Assembly: GCA_040400605.1 (NCBI GenBank)
Contig: JBBAPZ010000005.1
Location: forward strand, 82,970-146,969
Source of the DNA: Candidatus Sericytochromatia bacterium
GTDB taxonomy: Bacteria; Cyanobacteriota; Sericytochromatia; S15B-MN24; JAQBPE01
DNA length: 64,000 bases
Direction: 5' to 3'
Shown: one piece after another, positions 10,427 through 20,435 of the stretch
Layout of the letters: each line of letters starts with the position of its first letter
How positions within the stretch are numbered: position 1 is the stretch's first letter
The notes under the pieces: model-generated
What the model was told of the DNA's origin: nothing
The model's database searches: none
The model's input: only the letters and a program-made list of their open reading frames with translations
Position numbers and translations under genes: made by a program

Positions 10427-11221
10427 GTGTTGAAGGCCGTCAGCAGTGTTTCCAATCCAATGGTGAAGCGTTTGCGGGCGTTGTCTGCACGCAAGGGACG
10501 TCAGGCTGAAGGCGCTTTTTTGATTGAAGGAACCAAGTTGTTGGCGGAGGCTTTGCAGTCCGGTCAGCATATTGAGTGTGTGATGGCGTCGGATGCGTGG
10601 TGGCAAGCGCATGGTGCAACGCTTCCGTTGAGTGAGGCGGGAGCAGCATGTTTTGATGTGAGCCAGGCGGTTCTGGAGGCGATCGCGACGACCCGCACGC
10701 CGGATCCCGTCGTTGCGATGGTGCGTTTGCCCCAGCCCGTATATCCTCAATGGAAGGCTGGCGAGTGGATTGTCATTGCGCATCAGTTACAGGATCCTGG
10801 CAACCTGGGCACGATTATACGCGCCGCGGATGCTTCAGGCGCATTGATGGTGGTTGTCACGGATGACAGTGTGGATCCATTCAGTCCCAAGGTGGTCCGT
10901 GCCAGCATGGGCTCATTGTTTCACTTACCGGTTGTGCGCCTGTCCATGCCGGCGTTTCGTGCACATTATGCGACGTGTCCCATTTATGCGCTCGTTCTGG
11001 ACGGTGATGCCGCGCTGTATGATTGCGACTTGCGCGCCGGGGGGGCATTTTTGGTCGGCAATGAAGGGTCAGGATTGCCTCCGGCTGAACGCCAGTTGTC
11101 AACGCGCCGTGTCAGTATTCCAATGCCCGGTCAGTCTGAGAGTTTGAATGCAGCCATGGCGGCGACAGTCTGTCTGTTCGAAGCAGTGCGACAAAAACGT
11201 GCTGGTGCAAAAGTTTGTTAG
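10427..11221 (+). CDS. TrmH/SpoU family RNA methyltransferase
   Basis: FLIEG, LQDPGNLGTIIRAADASG, GNEGSGL, SIPM.G..ESLNAAMA; start placed at GTG after the terminator. Confidence 0.92.
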   Translation: MLKAVSSVSNPMVKRLRALSARKGRQAEGAFLIEGTKLLAEALQSGQHIECVMASDAWWQAHGATLPLSEAGAACFDVSQAVLEAIATTRTPDPVVAMVRLPQPVYPQWKAGEWIVIAHQLQDPGNLGTIIRAADASGALMVVVTDDSVDPFSPKVVRASMGSLFHLPVVRLSMPAFRAHYATCPIYALVLDGDAALYDCDLRAGGAFLVGNEGSGLPPAERQLSTRRVSIPMPGQSESLNAAMAATVCLFEAVRQKRAGAKVC

Positions 11222-11263
11222 AATGGAAACGGTCCTCGTGGGCTTGCAGCGTTGGGGTGAGTA

Positions 11264-12223
11264 GTGCGCGTCACGTATTTGGATGACCCTTGGAAAGATT
11301 TGACCCCGTTGTTTGCTGGGTCGGTTGTGGCCATTGGCGTGTTTGATGGCTTGCATCCGGGGCATATGACGGTTCTGGAAACGGCACGCGAACTGGCTCG
11401 GGAGCGTCAGTGTCCGTGTTGCGTGTTCACGTTCGTCGAGCATCCGCGTACCGTCTTGTTCCCTGACAATCCGGTGCCCCTCCTGACACCGTGGCCTGAA
11501 AAGCTGGCGTTGTTGGAAGCGAGTGGCGTTGATGCGTGCGTCGCGGCTCATTTTACAGAGGCGATCGCACGAATGAGTCCGGAGGAGTTTGTCCAACGGG
11601 TGTTGGTTGAATGGCTTCAGGTCAGGGCTGTTGTGACGGGTTTTAATTTCCGATTTGGGCGTGATCAAGCCGGGGTGCCAGCCCGATTGGTTTCTTTGGG
11701 TGAACGGGCGGGATTTGATGTTGTGATCGTGGAACCGCAGCAGGCATTTGATGGGGATGCCGCGTGGCTGCTAAGTTCGTCGCATTTGCGACACCTGCTT
11801 GGTGAGGGCGAGGTTGCGACCGCGGCGCGTTTAGCCAAGCGGCCTTATTGTTTGGCGGGTGAGGTTGTCCATGGGGACAAGCGCGGACGGCAGATTGGAT
11901 TTCCGACCGCCAATTTGTTGATTGACCCCCAGAAGTTGTTGCCGGCACACGGGGTTTACGCTTGTTGGGTGTGTTGGGCGGGCCAGAGAAGGCCGGGTAT
12001 TGTAAATATTGGCGTGCGTCCCACCTTCGGTTCACCGCGCTTGGTGATTGAAGCGCACGTGTTTGATTGGTCCGGTGATCTCTACGGGGCAACGTTGACG
12101 CTTGAGTTGGTCTCCCGTATTCGTGCTGAGCGTGCGTTTTCTGGCATTGCCGAGCTGGTTGAGCAAATCACCCAGGACTGTGACATTGCCCGAGCGTCTC
12201 TTGGCACGTGTCACGTGGTGTGA
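11264..12223 (+). CDS. ribF: Bifunctional riboflavin kinase/FAD synthetase
   Basis: IGVFDGLHPGH, GFNFRFG, GDKRGRQIGFPTAN, NIGVRPTF, EAHVFD. Confidence 0.96.
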   Translation: MRVTYLDDPWKDLTPLFAGSVVAIGVFDGLHPGHMTVLETARELARERQCPCCVFTFVEHPRTVLFPDNPVPLLTPWPEKLALLEASGVDACVAAHFTEAIARMSPEEFVQRVLVEWLQVRAVVTGFNFRFGRDQAGVPARLVSLGERAGFDVVIVEPQQAFDGDAAWLLSSSHLRHLLGEGEVATAARLAKRPYCLAGEVVHGDKRGRQIGFPTANLLIDPQKLLPAHGVYACWVCWAGQRRPGIVNIGVRPTFGSPRLVIEAHVFDWSGDLYGATLTLELVSRIRAERAFSGIAELVEQITQDCDIARASLGTCHVV

Positions 12224-12591
12224 CCGGCTTGCTGCCTGTTCGTTGATTTGAACTGGCGTGTTTATGGCCACGGCACTGGGTCCAGGCAATTCGATTGAAC
12301 GCAGTGATGGCGTCCCAGGCAACTAAAAGGTGCCTATCTTCATCGCGTTGGTAAAGCGAATAAAACCAAGCGATACGCACCATATTTCAAGCGCAAATAG
12401 CGTGGACACGAAGGGACAACGTCACTTTCGACCCGCAGTCTGCGCTGGCTGCGTCATGCTTCCCGAGTTGGCTGTTTTTTATCTTAATTAAGTTTTAACA
12501 AATGCTTAGTGTTTTTGGAACTAATTTGTAACGCGACGTGGCGAAAAGCGTTGGGTGAGTGTGTCAGGGTGACAGGAAGTGAGGAAGACTG

Positions 12592-13488
12592 ATGATTAAG
12601 GCGAACTTGTTGGCGGTGAAGCCGGTGAATCAAATGGTCACATCGCAGCGTCAAGTGAGTGTGGGTGTTAGCCCGTCGAAGTCGAAGCAGGATGAATATC
12701 AGCCGGGTGCTGCTTCTCAGTTTTATTACCGTGGTATCAGTCAGGGGTATCAGGTGAATTGGAGCAGCGATGATTTAAGCGCTGGGCGGGCCCAGGATAT
12801 GTCTCAGACCGAGCCGTCCTACAGTGCCAAGGAGTCGCTGGAAGCGGTCTGCAAGAAACCGGGTGGTGATGACTGGGCGTGCACGGGTGAGCGTCGCAGC
12901 CTTGTGAAGCTGGCGGCACAGGTTGGGAAGTATCTGAGTGTTGACCAGTTGGACACGGGGTACGTGCCGGGTGCTGCGCATGATTGGAGCACCCGTTATT
13001 TGCAGACCATCAATCTGGATACGGGCAAGCCGGTTGCGTTGACGGATCTCTTTCCGGAGAAGGCTATTTTTAGCGCGTTGATGAATGACCCGGTGATTAA
13101 ACAGGCACTGGCATCCGAGCGTGTGAAAGAACGTCTGAATGGCAAGTCTCCCGCGAGCCTAACAGAACTGAAGCAGGCCGTGGCGGGGTGGGTTTCGCCA
13201 GATGGGCGATTTTCTTTGGATGGGTTGGGTGACCACTTCACGTTCCATCACTTGAAGGGGGAGCAAGTGGCGGTGCGGCTATCGTTGCCCTACGGGGTTG
13301 AAGCTTATCGGGGGACGATGTCTCAACTGGGACTATACTTGCCAATTCCTGCCGGCTTGGAAACTGAGCTCAAGCGGGCGGCTGCGACGGAGGACGGCAC
13401 GGGTCGCAAGGCTGGCATGCTGTGGTCAGAAGCGGAACAAAAATTTGGCAATCGCGAAACCTACTTTGAACTGCCGCCCGCCCGATAG
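12592..13488 (+). CDS. Hypothetical protein with DUF3298/PdaC/RsiV-like features
   Basis: GAAHD and NLDTGKPVALTDLF resemble the GGAH and DLKTGK.L.L.DLF motifs of that family; SD GAGGAAG. Confidence 0.5.
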   Translation: MIKANLLAVKPVNQMVTSQRQVSVGVSPSKSKQDEYQPGAASQFYYRGISQGYQVNWSSDDLSAGRAQDMSQTEPSYSAKESLEAVCKKPGGDDWACTGERRSLVKLAAQVGKYLSVDQLDTGYVPGAAHDWSTRYLQTINLDTGKPVALTDLFPEKAIFSALMNDPVIKQALASERVKERLNGKSPASLTELKQAVAGWVSPDGRFSLDGLGDHFTFHHLKGEQVAVRLSLPYGVEAYRGTMSQLGLYLPIPAGLETELKRAAATEDGTGRKAGMLWSEAEQKFGNRETYFELPPAR

Positions 13489-13700
13489 CTGGACTCAGCC
13501 ACAATCTCGTCACTTCTTGCTGGGCGGTGGTGCAAGGTTGCAGCCATCGCCTGCGTTTTTAAGCCCCACTTCGAGAGTTCACCATAAAAACGCAAGCACT
13601 GACCGAATCGTCCCATTACACAACACCGCTTTATCGCAGACCTTTGCTGTACAGGTTTTAAGCGAACCCCGTGCGTCACTGTACCGCGCGATTTTAAGTG

Positions 13701-16604
13701 CTAGTCAGGCAACGGAACACGCTTGATTTGGTTGTTCCAGATGTCGCCGATTACCAGGTGAGATTGCGCGTCCACTATCATGCTGGATGGCACACCGAGC
13801 GCATTCACACCGTAACGGTCACTCAGTATGACTGCTCCCGGACCCGCGAGGTAATCAACCATCGGTTCGCTTGCTTTAAGGTCAATGCGTTGGATAGTCG
13901 GCATAATCGGGGGCAGTCCGGTAGGGAACTCGATACCGAGAGAACCCGCCAAACGGGTGAGGATTGTTCCAGCAGAGCCAATGTAGAGCCGATCCTCAGC
14001 GTCAACATGCACTGAAAATGGCAGGACCACGGCATCTTGGAGTGGTGTTCGCGCCGACGGCTTGAAGTCAGGGGTTTGCGTGACGATCGCCAGCGTCTCA
14101 ATCAGTGCCTTGCCGATCAACGTTCGGGTCGTGCGTTGCGGATCATTCATGGCGACTCGCAACACCCGCATATTGCCTGTATCAGCGACATACAGATTAC
14201 CTTTGCTGTCGAAGTCCAATCCCATAGGCGCACGCAGTCGCATATCCCTGGCCGGACTCACAGCGCCCCCATCCGCCAAGGTACTGGATTGGCGTCCCGG
14301 TTCACCCACAATAACTTCAATTTGGCCATCGGGGTTGAGACGACATACGACGTTGTAGGTGAAGTCTGTCCAATAAGGGCGATCGTCTGATCCCACCACC
14401 ATACTCCGCGCGTTACCAAAGCTTACTTGGGTAGCCGGCTTGCCAACGACATCAAATGGTTTGGCGGTTGCACTTAGTCCGTCGCCGGCCATCACATCGA
14501 TCGCACCTTTGGGGTCGATGCGGAACAGGCGCGGGCGGTCCCCTGCCAGTACCCACAAGTTGCCCTGTCTGTCGTAATCCAACGCGGCGGGCGCTTGCAA
14601 CTCGGTCAAGCGAGTTTCACCACCAAGACGGGCCTGTATCTCACCGCCATGCAGGACATCGACTTGGGCCCCTCGCAGGGCTTTGATCGTTCCCCCAGCC
14701 ACCTCGGTGAACAAGAGTGTCTGGCGATCAGGCGACAAAGTGAGCCCCCCCGGCGCATTGACCGCCAAGGCCTGCGCCTGCCCAATCTGATTCAGGGCGA
14801 GAGAACCTGCCACTATGCGCGGTGGTGCATTTAAAGCGCCCAGATCGTATTCGTACACCAAGGCTTGCGCAGCAGCACACGCGATCAGCTTGTTCCCAAG
14901 GCCCAACACAGTGCCATTCAATGATTCATTCAACAAAAGCTGACGCGTTCCGGATGGACCCACGCGCCAGAAACGTTTGTTTCTTCCGGATTCGGCCACA
15001 TACATGCCCCCCGCATCGTCCGGTCTTAAATAGCCGCCGAAATCGGTGGTGATATAAATCTGATCAAGCATGACTTGCCAGGCTTTACTGATGGGATCAA
15101 GGCGCCACAGTGCGGCTTTGTTAAGGACCCAGAGTGCACCATCCGATGCAACGCCAACAGACAGGAATAATTGACTGGTCAGGGCAGGCGGGCTGTCCAC
15201 GCGATGCATCAAGCCATCTGTATCCAAACGCAACAAACGGTTCTCGTCTGTCAGATAGATGGTGCCATCTTCAGCCAACGCCACGCCCCTTGGATTGTTA
15301 AGTGGGCTCTCCGTGGCCCGAGCAGGAAGTTCGCCCTGCCCGGCTTGTCCGGTGCCTGCCAAAATCTTGACCCGTTTGTCCGGCGTGATTCGAATCAGCC
15401 GGTTGCCCTGTGGCTCACTCAAAACCAGGCTGCCATCCGGTTGCGCAATCAAATGCTGAATGCCAGAAAAACCCACTAATTCAGCATCTGCATCCTGCGT
15501 GGCCGTGACCTCCCACCGTTCGCCAGCATAAGTCGAGATAACGCCCGCTGGTGTCACTTTGCGAATGCGTCCGACCGCCTCGGCGATGTAGAGATTGCCT
15601 TGCGCATCTTGTGCAACATCGACTGGCAGACCCAAGGGAACCTGGTTTGCAGGCAGGCCTGAACCCAGGTTTTCTTGACCCAGTAGCAACAGGGCTTTGA
15701 CGGTTTCGAGCGTCTGATTGAGGCTTTCATCCGCCCGGCGCAAATCGGTCACCGCACTGCGGATGTTGTCCTCATCGTAGTTCGGTCGTGTTTTCAGCAA
15801 CTTTCGCGCCGCATTCACATCACGCAATAGCGCCGTATTGACTTCCGCCGACATCCGATTAAGGACCGTGTTGTTGCCCTTCACGTATTCGCCGAGCACA
15901 TAACCACTTGCCAGCGAGCTGCTCGTATCGATGGGAACGTTCAGCTGCGCCTGATTGGGAATCAATAACGCACGCAACTCGCCTTGTTCGCCGCCGACAT
16001 CACGCAACAGGCGCACACGCAACACGGCGTTTGCTTTGGGCAAAGTGGCACTCAGCGTGTATTCACCATTTTGATTCGAAACTGCCTGAATCGGATTGCC
16101 ATCGGCAGCCTTCAGCGGTTGGCCTGACGCATCGACGACCTCGATCAGTGCTTCTGCCAAACGGTCTTCTGGCGCCGCGTTTTGAGACAACAGGCGATAT
16201 GCCTTATTCAAGGCGCCTGCACCATTGTTGGATATGAGACCAGTGCCTTGCGTGACCAAACCTGCCCCGTTGTTTGAGATCAAGTTGCCACTGTTGTTGG
16301 AGATGATCCGCCCGGTTTCTTGGGGTATTCCCCCCGCGCCATTGTTTGCCAGTAGTTTGACGCCAAAGTCGGTCGTCAGTCGCACCACTCCCCGCACCGT
16401 TAACTGGATGCTTGCTTGATTGGGGTTGTCCAAAGGGTTTACCTTGACGGTCGAGGTTCCGTTGCCAGCCGATTTCGGCAATTTGCTCACGCCAGGCAAA
16501 GCATTTTGGCAGCCAAGCAACAATAGGCACGAGAGGATCGCAACACTGCCCAGGCGCCTGTTGCGTGATTGGGGCAGGCCAGGAAACTGTGATTCTCGAT
16601 TCAT
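13701..16604 (-). CDS. Large NHL-repeat (beta-propeller) lipoprotein
   Basis: Lipobox LLLGC; ISNNGAG repeats; many NHL repeats (P.G.A.D..GNLYIA, APMGLDFDSKGNLYVADTGNMRV). Confidence 0.85.
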   Translation of the reverse strand: MNRESQFPGLPQSRNRRLGSVAILSCLLLLGCQNALPGVSKLPKSAGNGTSTVKVNPLDNPNQASIQLTVRGVVRLTTDFGVKLLANNGAGGIPQETGRIISNNSGNLISNNGAGLVTQGTGLISNNGAGALNKAYRLLSQNAAPEDRLAEALIEVVDASGQPLKAADGNPIQAVSNQNGEYTLSATLPKANAVLRVRLLRDVGGEQGELRALLIPNQAQLNVPIDTSSSLASGYVLGEYVKGNNTVLNRMSAEVNTALLRDVNAARKLLKTRPNYDEDNIRSAVTDLRRADESLNQTLETVKALLLLGQENLGSGLPANQVPLGLPVDVAQDAQGNLYIAEAVGRIRKVTPAGVISTYAGERWEVTATQDADAELVGFSGIQHLIAQPDGSLVLSEPQGNRLIRITPDKRVKILAGTGQAGQGELPARATESPLNNPRGVALAEDGTIYLTDENRLLRLDTDGLMHRVDSPPALTSQLFLSVGVASDGALWVLNKAALWRLDPISKAWQVMLDQIYITTDFGGYLRPDDAGGMYVAESGRNKRFWRVGPSGTRQLLLNESLNGTVLGLGNKLIACAAAQALVYEYDLGALNAPPRIVAGSLALNQIGQAQALAVNAPGGLTLSPDRQTLLFTEVAGGTIKALRGAQVDVLHGGEIQARLGGETRLTELQAPAALDYDRQGNLWVLAGDRPRLFRIDPKGAIDVMAGDGLSATAKPFDVVGKPATQVSFGNARSMVVGSDDRPYWTDFTYNVVCRLNPDGQIEVIVGEPGRQSSTLADGGAVSPARDMRLRAPMGLDFDSKGNLYVADTGNMRVLRVAMNDPQRTTRTLIGKALIETLAIVTQTPDFKPSARTPLQDAVVLPFSVHVDAEDRLYIGSAGTILTRLAGSLGIEFPTGLPPIMPTIQRIDLKASEPMVDYLAGPGAVILSDRYGVNALGVPSSMIVDAQSHLVIGDIWNNQIKRVPLPD
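16213..16353 (-). repeat. Coding short repeats LANNGAG / IISNNSGN / LISNNGAG
   Basis: Visible in the translation of 13701-16604. Confidence 0.75.
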
Positions 16605-16613
16605 AATGTACGT

Positions 16614-16640
16614 ATACCCGCCATCGGTAAAACCTTAAAC
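16614..16640 (-). promoter_or_regulatory. SigB/SigF-type promoter
   Basis: Minus strand GTTTAA-N15-GGGTAT, -10 box ending 9 nt before ATG 16604. Confidence 0.65.
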
Positions 16641-16647
16641 GGTTACA

Positions 16648-16756
16648 CGAACCATCAATGTCACTGCTCGGTTGAACTGTCTCGAGTGGACGTTCAAAGC
16701 AGATGCACCACGGCCCGCCGATACGAACCGCTTTTTTGAAACGAACAGTTAACGAA
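16648..16756 (-). repeat. Conserved ~108-bp intergenic element, degenerate copy
   Basis: Core 18/24 to consensus; ACCACG at the same 35-nt spacing as other copies; ACCGC and AACAGTTAACGAA retained. Confidence 0.6.
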
Positions 16757-16824
16757 GAACCGACAAAGATTCTTGACGGCTGATTGAATGCAGGCATGTG
16801 ATCAAGAAGGCAGTGGTCAGTGGA

Positions 16825-19800
16825 TCAAAACCCTGCTGGCAGCGGTGCCATTTTGATCTGGTTATTGAGGATGTCAGCCACAACGAGCCGTGATTGCTTG
16901 TCAATGAGCAACGCACCGGGCGCACCGAGACTGTTCAGTCCGTAGCGTTCCTCAAAAATTTTGCCGTTGGGGCCAGCGAGCAATTCGAGCGTGGGTTCAT
17001 TTGACTTGAGGTCAATCATGCGCACGCACGCACTGACCAGCGGCAATTTGATGGGGAAATTGAATTTTGCGAGGCTGGAGGCCTGGTCGAGTCGAACGGT
17101 ACCCAATTCACCCAAAAACAGGCGATCGCGCGCATCGATGAACATCGGACCGGGTACGACAATGAGTGCGTCCTTGGCAGCGATACGGGCTGGAATCTGA
17201 ACCGCGCCATCTTGTTGCAGGCTGCCCAGTGTCTCGAACAATGAGCGGCCGACCAGTGTGTTCACCAGCCGTTCCGGGCTTTGCATTGACACTTTCAGTA
17301 CCCGCATGTTTGCGGCATCGCTGAGATACAGGTCGCCCTTGCTGTCAAACCCAAGGCCATAAGGCATATTGAGTTGCATCTCGCTTGCAGGCTTGTTGCT
17401 GCCGTCATTGCCGGGTTTGTTGGGCAGGCTGCCGTTAGCGCCAACGATCAACTCGAGGCGACCATCCGCGTTGAGGCGACAAACGTGATGATAAACCATG
17501 TCCGTCCAGTAGGGCAGGCCATCTGGTCCGAGCTTGAGCGCAACCGGTTGGCCTAAAGGAACGTCGAGGGCGGACTTGCCTTCGATGTTGAATGCGACAC
17601 CACGGTAGGTGGTGCCACTGCCCGCCATCAGGGTGGCTCGTCCTTGGGGATCGATGCGCACCAATTGCGGATCGTCACCAATGAAAGCCCAGAGATTTCC
17701 TTGGGCATCATAATCGACGGCGACAGGCGCAATGGTTGTTACGGTGCGTTCAGCACCGTTAGCATTAACCGTTAAGGTGTTGCCCAGAATCGTGCTGACC
17801 GTTTGATTCTGAAATCGCTTGATGACGGCCCCCACCACTTCCGTGTAGAGCAACCCTTGCCCGTCCGGCGTCGATGCCATGCCACCCGGAGCATTGACGC
17901 CCAATGCCTGCGAAGAACCTGTTACAAAAACGCTTTGGGTACCAGCTACCGTACGGGGTAACGTATTGGCGTCGTTGAGATCGAATTCGCGGATCAACCC
18001 ACCCGCGTCACAAACCAACATCTTGTTATCGGGTCCGATCCAGAAACCAAACGGTTGCACGACACCACGAAGCGTTTCCAGGTTGGTTGGTTCACTGCCG
18101 GTCAGGCCAATCGGCGCAAGCGTTACATTGGTTTGGGCATCTGGGGCCACGTGCAAAATTTTGAGTTGGCCGGCCATCGACAGATAAACCCCACCTCGCG
18201 AATCCGGTTGCAGGTAGCCACCCAAACCCAAGTCCAAATCGACTGCCATCTGACGCCACGTCAAACTGGCTGGATCCCGTCGCCACAAGCTATAACCGTT
18301 CGCAGCCCACAACGCGCCATCTGAACCGAAACACAGACACTTCGCACCGGTTTTGTCACCGTCGAAAGGGTTGCTGACAAAGTGCAGGATGCCACTGCGA
18401 TCCAGACGCAACACACGATTCTTTTCTGTCAGGTAGATATCGCTATCCGGTGACAGCGCAAGCCCTTCCGGGTAAAGCAGACGGGTCTGCTTAGCCGGCG
18501 CAGGCAGCGTGTCTTGGCCTGGTTCACCGGTTCCGGCAGCGAATTTGACCCGTCCGTCGCTTGTGATGCGAATCAGGCGGTGCCCGAGTCGCTCAGTGAA
18601 CAAGAGGCTGCCATCCGGTTCGATGACCAGGCGGTGGATATTCTTGAAACCGACTTCATTGGCACTCACACCTTCTTGCACGGGTTTATCCCATTGCTCG
18701 CCCGCATAGGTTGAAATGATGCCATCTGAGCCAATCTTGCGAATCCGGCCGACTTGCTCCGCGATCAATAGATTGCCGGCGGGATCGCGAACCACATCCA
18801 CCGGCAAGGTCAACGGCACACGCGTCGCACTCATACCACTGCCGAGATTCTCTTGCCCCACCAGCAATAGCGCTTTGACCTTCTCAAGGGTACGATCCAG
18901 CGTCGCATCCGATTGCCGCAAGTTTGCCACCACGGAACGCAAGCCGCTTTCATCATAATTCGGTTTGTCTTTCAACAATTGCCGTGCAGTGTTGACATCA
19001 CGAAGCAACTCGGCATTGGCATCCGCTGGAAGCCGGTTGAACACCTCCTGACGACCCTTGACGTACTCACTTAACACATAACCGGTGGCCAAGGAACTGG
19101 CCGTATCAATGGGTGCATTGATTTCACGGGGCTCCGTGCCCGGTACCACCATGGTTCGCAGCTCACCATTGGCGCCTCCAAGTTTGGCCAGCAAGCGCAC
19201 ACGCAAGATGAAGTTGTCTTTGGGCACCGTGGCGCTGAGCGTATACTCACCGGTTTTGGACGTTTGAACCTGGATTGGTTTTTTGCTCGCGTCCAGCAGC
19301 AACTCGCCACTGGCATCAACCGCTTCCACCAGCGCTTCCGCCAACCGATCCTCCGGTGTCACCGCCTCGGACAGCAGCCTGAACGGTCTGGCTGTCAAAC
19401 CACCACCGTTGTTGGAGACCAGCCCACCACCGTTATTTGAGACCAAGCCGCCACTGTTGTTGGATACCAAGCCACCGCCGTTGTTTGACACCAGATTGCC
19501 ACTGTTGTTCGAAATGATGCGTCCGGTTTCACCGGATACGGTGCCGCCGCCGTTATTGGAAACCAGATTGACCCCAAAGTCGGTGGTTAACCTTACCACC
19601 CCGCGCAAAGTCATGCGAACGCCATTTTCAACCACCCGGCCACTCAGACTTTGGGTCGAGACGCCTTTGGCTTGGGCGCGAACGGCTGATGGCCGCGATG
19701 CCTTTACAACCGCCATTTGGGTCTGACACCCACTCAGCGCCAAAAGTGCAGCCAGCCAACCTGTTAACCAACGTTTGCTCGCTTGCAAGGGGGTTCCTCC

Positions 19801-19842
19801 ACGGATCACGATTGCGCGTAACGCTGTCCGCATCCACGACAA
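16825..19842 (-). CDS. Large NHL-repeat lipoprotein, tandem paralog of 13701-16604
   Basis: Lipobox ALSGC; shares RGVVRLTTDFGV, PEDRLAEAL, KALLL.GQENLGSG and the NHL repeats with its neighbour. Confidence 0.85.
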   Translation of the reverse strand: MSWMRTALRAIVIRGGTPLQASKRWLTGWLAALLALSGCQTQMAVVKASRPSAVRAQAKGVSTQSLSGRVVENGVRMTLRGVVRLTTDFGVNLVSNNGGGTVSGETGRIISNNSGNLVSNNGGGLVSNNSGGLVSNNGGGLVSNNGGGLTARPFRLLSEAVTPEDRLAEALVEAVDASGELLLDASKKPIQVQTSKTGEYTLSATVPKDNFILRVRLLAKLGGANGELRTMVVPGTEPREINAPIDTASSLATGYVLSEYVKGRQEVFNRLPADANAELLRDVNTARQLLKDKPNYDESGLRSVVANLRQSDATLDRTLEKVKALLLVGQENLGSGMSATRVPLTLPVDVVRDPAGNLLIAEQVGRIRKIGSDGIISTYAGEQWDKPVQEGVSANEVGFKNIHRLVIEPDGSLLFTERLGHRLIRITSDGRVKFAAGTGEPGQDTLPAPAKQTRLLYPEGLALSPDSDIYLTEKNRVLRLDRSGILHFVSNPFDGDKTGAKCLCFGSDGALWAANGYSLWRRDPASLTWRQMAVDLDLGLGGYLQPDSRGGVYLSMAGQLKILHVAPDAQTNVTLAPIGLTGSEPTNLETLRGVVQPFGFWIGPDNKMLVCDAGGLIREFDLNDANTLPRTVAGTQSVFVTGSSQALGVNAPGGMASTPDGQGLLYTEVVGAVIKRFQNQTVSTILGNTLTVNANGAERTVTTIAPVAVDYDAQGNLWAFIGDDPQLVRIDPQGRATLMAGSGTTYRGVAFNIEGKSALDVPLGQPVALKLGPDGLPYWTDMVYHHVCRLNADGRLELIVGANGSLPNKPGNDGSNKPASEMQLNMPYGLGFDSKGDLYLSDAANMRVLKVSMQSPERLVNTLVGRSLFETLGSLQQDGAVQIPARIAAKDALIVVPGPMFIDARDRLFLGELGTVRLDQASSLAKFNFPIKLPLVSACVRMIDLKSNEPTLELLAGPNGKIFEERYGLNSLGAPGALLIDKQSRLVVADILNNQIKMAPLPAGF
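19398..19570 (-). repeat. Coding tandem 24-bp / 8-aa repeats (LVSNNGGG)n
   Basis: IISNNSGN-LVSNNGGG-LVSNNSGG-LVSNNGGG-LVSNNGGG plus one upstream LVSNNGGG. Confidence 0.85.
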
Positions 19843-19896
19843 TCAAACCGGAATGGCAGGGTTACCCTAACCAGGTTTGCCTGCTTCCAACTTTTT

Positions 19897-19922
19897 ATAC
19901 CACTGTTGGATGTTTTCTAAGC
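19897..19922 (-). promoter_or_regulatory. Degenerate SigB/SigF-type promoter
   Basis: Minus strand GCTTAG-N14-TGGTAT between the conserved element and the gene start. Confidence 0.4.
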
Positions 19923-19943
19923 GTGTGAGGACGTGGGGAAACC

Positions 19944-20051
19944 GGAACCATCAGATTGACCAATCGGTCTGCCTGAGTCCTGCACTTTCATGACGGAAAA
20001 AGACCACGCAATGGTGCCACCGACCGCCGAATGTTAAAAACATTTAACGAA
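19944..20051 (-). repeat. Conserved ~108-bp intergenic element
   Basis: GGAACCATCAGATTGACCAATCGG-N35-ACCACGCAATGGTGCC...GAATGTTAAAAACATTTAACGAA; about 87/108 ungapped identity to 34939-35046 by hand. Confidence 0.9.
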
Positions 20052-20166
20052 TGGCTGCCTATGGCTGGCTAAACCCATTGCTGGCTGCAATCACCATGCC
20101 GTTGAGCGCCTTGGCGGTCATTTTACACACCGGGCGCTTGAAACAGTTTCGAGAGGGAAGCTAACT

Positions 20167-20331
20167 TTGGGGCTGACCATTTTGATGATTCTGACCATGC
20201 TGGCAACGGCTCTCGGTGTCATGGCGTTGTTTGCGTGGGCTGTTCGTGCGGGTCAATTTGAGGATTTGGATGATTCGGCCCAGCGAATGCTACACGACGA
20301 CAATCAATCCCGTTCTGATATTCAACGGTGA
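20167..20331 (+). CDS. ccoS: cbb3-type cytochrome oxidase assembly protein CcoS/FixS (54 aa, absent from ORF track)
   Basis: Hand translation MGLTILMILTMLATALGVMALFAWAVRAGQFEDLDDSAQRMLHDD: one TM helix plus the WAV..GQF.DL...A.R.L.DD signature; SD GAGAGGG. Confidence 0.85.
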   Translation: MGLTILMILTMLATALGVMALFAWAVRAGQFEDLDDSAQRMLHDDNQSRSDIQR

Positions 20332-20435
20332 AGACCGGAACAGGACCGGTCTGTTGTGCTAAACGCGTCGACTTAGCCCCTCAATGCGACTGATTGGGTG
20401 ACTATGAGACGAATGAGGCGCCCTCGCGCGGGCGT

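Noticed and set aside
20007..20019. Sigma-54 promoter (TGGCAC...TTGC) inside the element, minus strand
   Set aside because: Spacing is TGGCAC-N2-TTGC rather than N5, and the 63580 copy lacks TGGCAC.
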